A stretch of DNA of 64,000 bases from an uncultured bacterium (GTDB taxonomy: Bacteria; Patescibacteriota; Minisyncoccia; Moranbacterales; UBA2206). The DNA is taken from the NCBI GenBank assembly GCA_903831805.1, contig CAIKZD010000017.1, positions 12,358 through 76,357 on the forward strand, written 5' to 3'. The notes under the pieces are model-generated. The model ran no database searches and had not been told where the DNA came from. It worked only from the letters and a program-made list of their open reading frames with translations. The position numbers and the translations under genes are program-made. Of the stretch, positions 57,699 to 64,000 are shown piece by piece (positions within the stretch are counted from its first letter, which is position 1; each line of letters begins with the position of its first letter).

Positions 57699-58184
57699 AT
57701 GGAATTATTGAACAGTTTAGGCATCAATGGAAAACTATTACTGGCGCAGATCATCAACTTTTTAATCCTGCTTTTTGTGTTGTATAAATTCGCCTATGGC
57801 CCAGTGTTGAAAATGTTGGACGAGCGCACCAAAAAAATCGAGAAAGGCATGAAAGACGCGGAAGCTTCCGGCAAAAAACTAGAGGAGATTGCGGCGCGCG
57901 AAAAAGGCATTCTGGATGAAGCGCGTAATCAGGCCAAGGAAATCGTGAAACGTTCGGAAGACACAGCTGCGGCGCAAGCGGAAGAAATTGTGATTGTCGC
58001 CAAGGACCAAACGCAGAAAATGGTGGAAACGGCGCAGAAACAAATTGAACAAGAGAAGAATAGGATTCTGGCGGAAGCGAAATCCGAAATTGCCAATTTA
58101 GTGATGGCGGCCACGGAGAAAATTATTGGAGAGAAGTTGGATAGTGAGAAGGATAGGGAATTGATAAAGGACGCGATAAAATAG
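57699..58184 (+). CDS. atpF: ATP synthase subunit b
   Basis: QIINFLILL..L.KF...P....LDER. Confidence 0.96.
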   Translation: MELLNSLGINGKLLLAQIINFLILLFVLYKFAYGPVLKMLDERTKKIEKGMKDAEASGKKLEEIAAREKGILDEARNQAKEIVKRSEDTAAAQAEEIVIVAKDQTQKMVETAQKQIEQEKNRILAEAKSEIANLVMAATEKIIGEKLDSEKDRELIKDAIK

Positions 58185-58185
58185 C

Positions 58186-58587
58186 ATGAAAATTACAGCC
58201 GCACAATATGCCAAGTCGCTTTACGAAGTGACTCGAGAAAAAACTCAAGCGGAGATTGATGGTTTTGTGGCGAATTTTCTCAAGGTGCTCAAAAAAAACA
58301 ATCAGTTGAAGTTGGCCGGAAAGATCATGGAGAAATTTTCTGCCATTCATGACGCGAAAAATGGCATCATTAGCGCGACCGTGACGAGCGCGCGGGAGTT
58401 GGACGAAAAAAATTTGAAAGAAGTGGAAGAATTTGTGGCCAAGAAATATGAGGCGAAGAAAGTTATTTTGAAAAATATTGTGAGAAAAGATATTAAGGGT
58501 GGAATCATTTTGCAAGTGGGGGATGAGATGCTGGATGCAAGTGTGGGAAGGAAGATTGATGATTTGAGATATATTCTGAACCACTGA
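58186..58587 (+). CDS. atpH: ATP synthase subunit delta (short form)
   Basis: YAKSL, ATVTSA, IKGGIILQVGD..LDASV. Confidence 0.92.
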   Translation: MKITAAQYAKSLYEVTREKTQAEIDGFVANFLKVLKKNNQLKLAGKIMEKFSAIHDAKNGIISATVTSARELDEKNLKEVEEFVAKKYEAKKVILKNIVRKDIKGGIILQVGDEMLDASVGRKIDDLRYILNH

Positions 58588-58630
58588 TTAATTTAAAATT
58601 TATAATTTAAAATCGTAACAATATAATTTT

Positions 58631-60139
58631 ATGTCGAAAGATTACATCATTGAGCAGTTGAAAAAACAAATTGAAAATTTTGCGGCGGTGGCGACGACGG
58701 AGAAAGTCGGGACGGTCGTGGAAGTGGGGGACGGCGTGGCTAAGATTTCCGGCCTCTCTGACGCTATGGCTTCTGAGATGTTGGAATTTCCCGGCGGCGT
58801 GTATGGCGTGGCACTTAATCTCGAAGAGGGCGCGGTGGGCGCGATGATCCTGGGAAAATATGAAGGCATTAAGGAAGGCGATACAGTCAAGTCAACCGGT
58901 CGCATTTTGTCAGTGCCGGTGGGCGACATGATGGTCGGCCGCGTAGTGAGTCCACTCGGGGAAGCGATTGATGGCAAAGGTGAAATCACATCTGACATAT
59001 ATTACCCGGTGGAAAAAGTGGCGCCGGGCGTCATTACGCGAAAATCAGTGAGTGTGCCGGTGCAGACTGGAATCAAAGCCATTGACGCCGTCATTCCGGT
59101 CGGGCGCGGCCAGCGCGAACTTATTATTGGCGACCGCCAAACCGGCAAAACTGCGGTGGCCATTGACGCTATCATTAATCAGAAAGGCCAAAACTTGATT
59201 TGCATCTATGTGGCCATTGGACAGAAGGAATCGAAAATTTCTCGCATCGTGGCGGAGTTGGAAAAACGGGGAGCGATGGAACACACAATCGTGGTGGTGG
59301 CGGGAGCATCTGACCCGTCAGCTTTGTCATTCATTGCCCCGTATGCCGGCACAGCCATGGCGGAATATTTTATGGACAAAGGCAAAGATGTGCTCATTAT
59401 TCACGATGATCTTTCAAAACACGCTTGGGCCTATCGCCAGATTTCTTTGATCTTGCGCCGTCCACCGGGACGCGAAGCTTACCCGGGTGACATTTTCTAT
59501 TTGCATTCCCGTCTTTTGGAACGATCGGCGCGTTTGAATGATGATTTTGGCGGCGGTTCCATTACGGCTCTTCCAATCATTGAAACGCAAGCTGGCGATG
59601 TGTCCGCCTACATCCCGACCAATGTGATTTCCATTACCGATGGCCAAATTTATTTGGAAACCGATTTGTTCTATAAGGGTATTCGCCCGGCGTTGAATGT
59701 TGGGTTGTCAGTGTCTCGTGTCGGTTCCGCCGCACAAACCAAAGCCATGAAAAAAGTGGCCGGCAAACTAAGGCTTGATCTTGCACAGTTCCGCGAACTG
59801 GAAGCGTTCGCGCAATTCGGCTCAGACTTAGATGAAAACACCCGAAGACAGATTGAAAGAGGTCGAAGAACAGTGGAAATTTTGAAACAGGACCAATATG
59901 AGCCAATGCCGATGGAACAACAAGTGGCGGTGCTGTATGCTCTCACTAATGGTTTCATCGACGACGTCGAAGTGGAAAAAGTGAAAGCCTGGGAAAATGA
60001 TTTTCAGAAATATATGAAATCCGGCGGCAAGGCAGTTTTGGAACTCATCGCTGAAAAGAAAGAATTGTCGGAAGAAGTGGTGGCAAGTTTGGAAAAAGCG
60101 ATTAAGGAGTTTAAGGAAGTGTACCAAAATGGGAAGTAG
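58631..60139 (+). CDS. atpA: ATP synthase subunit alpha
   Basis: [30 protein letters not shown]. Confidence 0.98.
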   Translation: MSKDYIIEQLKKQIENFAAVATTEKVGTVVEVGDGVAKISGLSDAMASEMLEFPGGVYGVALNLEEGAVGAMILGKYEGIKEGDTVKSTGRILSVPVGDMMVGRVVSPLGEAIDGKGEITSDIYYPVEKVAPGVITRKSVSVPVQTGIKAIDAVIPVGRGQRELIIGDRQTGKTAVAIDAIINQKGQNLICIYVAIGQKESKISRIVAELEKRGAMEHTIVVVAGASDPSALSFIAPYAGTAMAEYFMDKGKDVLIIHDDLSKHAWAYRQISLILRRPPGREAYPGDIFYLHSRLLERSARLNDDFGGGSITALPIIETQAGDVSAYIPTNVISITDGQIYLETDLFYKGIRPALNVGLSVSRVGSAAQTKAMKKVAGKLRLDLAQFRELEAFAQFGSDLDENTRRQIERGRRTVEILKQDQYEPMPMEQQVAVLYALTNGFIDDVEVEKVKAWENDFQKYMKSGGKAVLELIAEKKELSEEVVASLEKAIKEFKEVYQNGK

Positions 60140-60218
60140 ACGAGGAAATTTCAAAATCCAAATTTCAAATGTCAAATAAATATCAAATGGCTAAATGACA
60201 AATTAGAAATTATTTTTT

Positions 60219-61172
60219 ATGGCTAGCACAAAAGATATTCAAAGAAGAATAAAATCCGTCGGCAATACGCAGAAGATTACGCGGGCGATGGAGATGGTGA
60301 GCGCCGCTAAGATGCGAAAATCGGTGGCGTCGGTTTTGGCCATCCGGCCGTACGCGCACGCCGCGTGGGGAGTGCTCACGAATTTGAGCCGCGCCTTTGC
60401 GGAATATAAGACCGGACTTTTGGAAGTGCGCGAAGTGAAAAGAGTGCTGGCCATTGCGGTCACCTCGAACCGGGGACTGTGTGGAGCTTTCAATTCGCAG
60501 ATTTCCAAAAAAATCAGAGAGGAAATTTTGCACCCGGAGAGCTTGAAGATGAATCGGGTAGGCAAGAAGAGAATTGAATCTACTCAGGAGAACATTGAAA
60601 TTGATTTCATCACGATTGGCAAAAAAGGGGAGGGTGTCGTGCGACGTAATGGCAAAAATATCATCGCCTCGTTCAATGACTTATCCTATCTGCCGAAAGT
60701 GGACGATGTGCGAGTGGTGGGTAAAATGGTGATGGATGATTATCTGGCCAAAAAATATGACAAGGTGGTGATTTTCTATACCGATTATGTGTCGGCCATG
60801 AGCCAACAGGCCAAGGTCCGTCAGCTCTTGCCGATTTCGAAAATTGATTTGGAGAAGCAGATCGCCGAGATGGATGTGTTGGCCAAAGAATATGGCTTGA
60901 AGGAAGTACGTTCGGAATATAAAGTGGAACCGACGCCGAATTTGGTTTTGGAATATATTTTCCCGCGCCTGATTGAGATGCAGATCTATCACGCCATTCT
61001 GGAATCGAACGCCTCGAAAGAATCGGCCCGCATGCTAGCCATGAGAAACGCCACAGACGCGGCCGGTGAAATGAAAAACAGTCTGACATTCGTGTTCAAT
61101 CAGATCCGGCAAGGCAAGATTACGCAGGAGATTGCGGAGATTTCCGCGGGAAGAGCGGCGTTGGAGAATTAG
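60219..61172 (+). CDS. atpG: ATP synthase subunit gamma
   Basis: KITRAMEMVSAAK, RGLCGAFN, RQGKITQEIAEI. Confidence 0.98.
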   Translation: MASTKDIQRRIKSVGNTQKITRAMEMVSAAKMRKSVASVLAIRPYAHAAWGVLTNLSRAFAEYKTGLLEVREVKRVLAIAVTSNRGLCGAFNSQISKKIREEILHPESLKMNRVGKKRIESTQENIEIDFITIGKKGEGVVRRNGKNIIASFNDLSYLPKVDDVRVVGKMVMDDYLAKKYDKVVIFYTDYVSAMSQQAKVRQLLPISKIDLEKQIAEMDVLAKEYGLKEVRSEYKVEPTPNLVLEYIFPRLIEMQIYHAILESNASKESARMLAMRNATDAAGEMKNSLTFVFNQIRQGKITQEIAEISAGRAALEN

Positions 61173-61267
61173 AAGTCTGAACCACTGACCGTGCCTCGCC
61201 GGCAGGCGGGTTCGCACGTGATTATCCTGATTGCACTGATTTAAAAATACAAAATAGCAAAGTAATG

Positions 61268-61342
61268 TAGAGGTTTAATTTATTAAACCTTACCCGGAAA
61301 CATTTTCCGGAGACAGGCAGGTTTGATAAATCAAACCTCTAC
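61268..61342. repeat. GTAG-flanked REP doublet (REPIN-like)
   Basis: GTAGAGGTTTAATTTATTAAACCT...AGGTTTGATAAATCAAACCTCTAC. Confidence 0.8.
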
Positions 61343-61475
61343 ATAAAAAAGAAAGAAGTTCTTTGGAAAATTTTGGAGAAAAAAATAGAGCCCACATCAG
61401 TTATGATGCAGGCTCGGGTGAGGCAAAGAACGGGGAGGTTCAGGTCGGAGACGCTGAATTAAGCATGCTGTTGAG

Positions 61476-61805
61476 CTATACGAGTACGAAAGAATAAAAG
61501 TTGTAACGGCGGCTCGCATCATCCTCTTTTTGCAGATAGCCTCCTTGAACATCCGGGCTGGCGTCAGCGCTTAGTCCGTGTAAACCGGCTAGAAGTGTGG
61601 CTATGGAAGCGGCTGTCTTCTCGTCTTGTATTACCAATGAAGAACTGAAATTATTGAAATTGATTTCCCTCTCTTTCCATGGATAGGCCTTATGTTTAAA
61701 GCCTCCAGTGGGGTCATAACATACGAGAGTAGCATGTCCTTCAAGAAAAAATAACATTATCCTGGTTCCTTTTTTGAAAATACATCCGGGTTTTTCTCCT
61801 GACAT
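61476..61805 (-). CDS. Hypothetical protein inserted antisense in the atp operon
   Basis: SD AAGGAG; own TTGACT...TATAAT promoter near 61891-61919 on minus. Confidence 0.65.
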   Translation of the reverse strand: MSGEKPGCIFKKGTRIMLFFLEGHATLVCYDPTGGFKHKAYPWKEREINFNNFSSSLVIQDEKTAASIATLLAGLHGLSADASPDVQGGYLQKEDDASRRYNFYSFVLV

Positions 61806-62021
61806 GGTGGTCTCCTTGTTGTGCTTGTTGTAAAAGAATGTTAGAAAATGGTTTGTTGAAATGATTTCGTGGAAACACTAACAACCCCTCATTATACTCC
61901 AAAACCACAAAAAAGTCAAGCCCCGAAAAATGGCTTTGCCATCTCGGGGTGAAAGTTGAATTTTAACTGGTGAATATTAGCTTAGATAAAGCAATATTTA
62001 GTAGTTAGGGTTTAAAGAGAA

Positions 62022-62167
62022 TTGTCATTCTGAGCGAAGCGAAGTCGAAGAATCTACTTTGTGTTTCCATTGGTTATGCTATAGATTGCAAAGCTAGTGG
62101 TAACGCAGGGCAGATCCTTCGACTGCGTTCCTCCGCTAGCGCGTCGTTACTTCGCTCAGGATGACAA
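62022..62167. repeat. Family A element
   Basis: TTGTCATTCTGAGC...GCTCAGGATGACAA, 56-nt core. Confidence 0.92.
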
Positions 62168-62203
62168 AGTTGGTAAATAATCAAGTTAATAAATAATTTG
62201 TAA

Positions 62204-63627
<1,424 letters not shown>

Positions 63628-63628
<1 letters not shown>

Positions 63629-63744
63629 ATTTTCAATAATCAATTTACAATTTTCATTCAATAATCAATTTTCCAATAATCAATGTCATTGAAAATTAAG
63701 TTATTGAAAATTCAATGAAAATTGAAAAATGTAAATTGAAAATT
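63628..63744. repeat. Heptamer-periodic inverted element (family D)
   Basis: 42-nt identity with 30377-30418; right arm (ATTGAAA)n. Confidence 0.8.
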
Positions 63745-63752
63745 AGAGACTT

Positions 63753-64000
63753 ATGTCAAATCAATCAATTAAATTTAAGATCATCACTCCAGAGCGTACC
63801 GTTTTCGAAGCCGAGATATCTCAGGTGACTTTGCCGGTGACCGAGGGTGAGGTGACTATTTTGCCCAGTCACAGGCCATATATCGCCTCGCTTGAGCCGG
63901 GGGAAATCATTTTGAAGACGAAAAAGCAGGAAGGCGAAGAAGAAACCAGCTTGGTAGTTTCGGGCGGCTTTATCGAATTCAATGAAAATAGTTTAGTCGT
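63753..64000 (+). CDS. atpC: ATP synthase subunit epsilon (partial)
   Basis: Manual translation MSNQSIKFKIITPERTVF...GEVTILPSH...VSGGFIE. Confidence 0.95.
   Translation, partial: MSNQSIKFKIITPERTVFEAEISQVTLPVTEGEVTILPSHRPYIASLEPGEIILKTKKQEGEEETSLVVSGGFIEFNENSLV

Overview
Bacterial chromosomal segment (standard code 11), most likely from a CPR/Patescibacteria (Parcubacteria-like) genome; this is an inference from gene content, SD-less AT-rich leaders, IleRS2 and alpha2-type GlyRS. It is dominated by housekeeping genes: rplK end, rplA, a thymidylate cluster (NMP-kinase-like, dCMP deaminase, thyA, folA, a nucleotidyltransferase-deaminase fusion, CYTH), gatB, miaA, miaB, thrS, manC, recQ, hup, gdhA, dnaE, rnhB, argS, ileS, recO, tgt, a U32 protein, glyS, rsmI, metG, tatD and the atpZBEFHAGDC operon. 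No transposase, integrase, tRNA, rRNA or CRISPR array was seen. Three signals stand out. (1) Several families of short palindromic and heptamer-type repeats occur intergenically and also in frame inside about 12 conserved genes, and many share an AGTA-capped hairpin. (2) An orphan PemK/MazF gene faces a convergent ~55-nt structured RNA with its own promoter and terminator, a candidate RNA-antitoxin module. (3) Three T-box leaders (thrS, ileS, glyS) have ultra-short stem I with the cognate codon in the terminal loop plus intrinsic terminators. All calls come from reading the sequence by eye; no database search or folding program was run.
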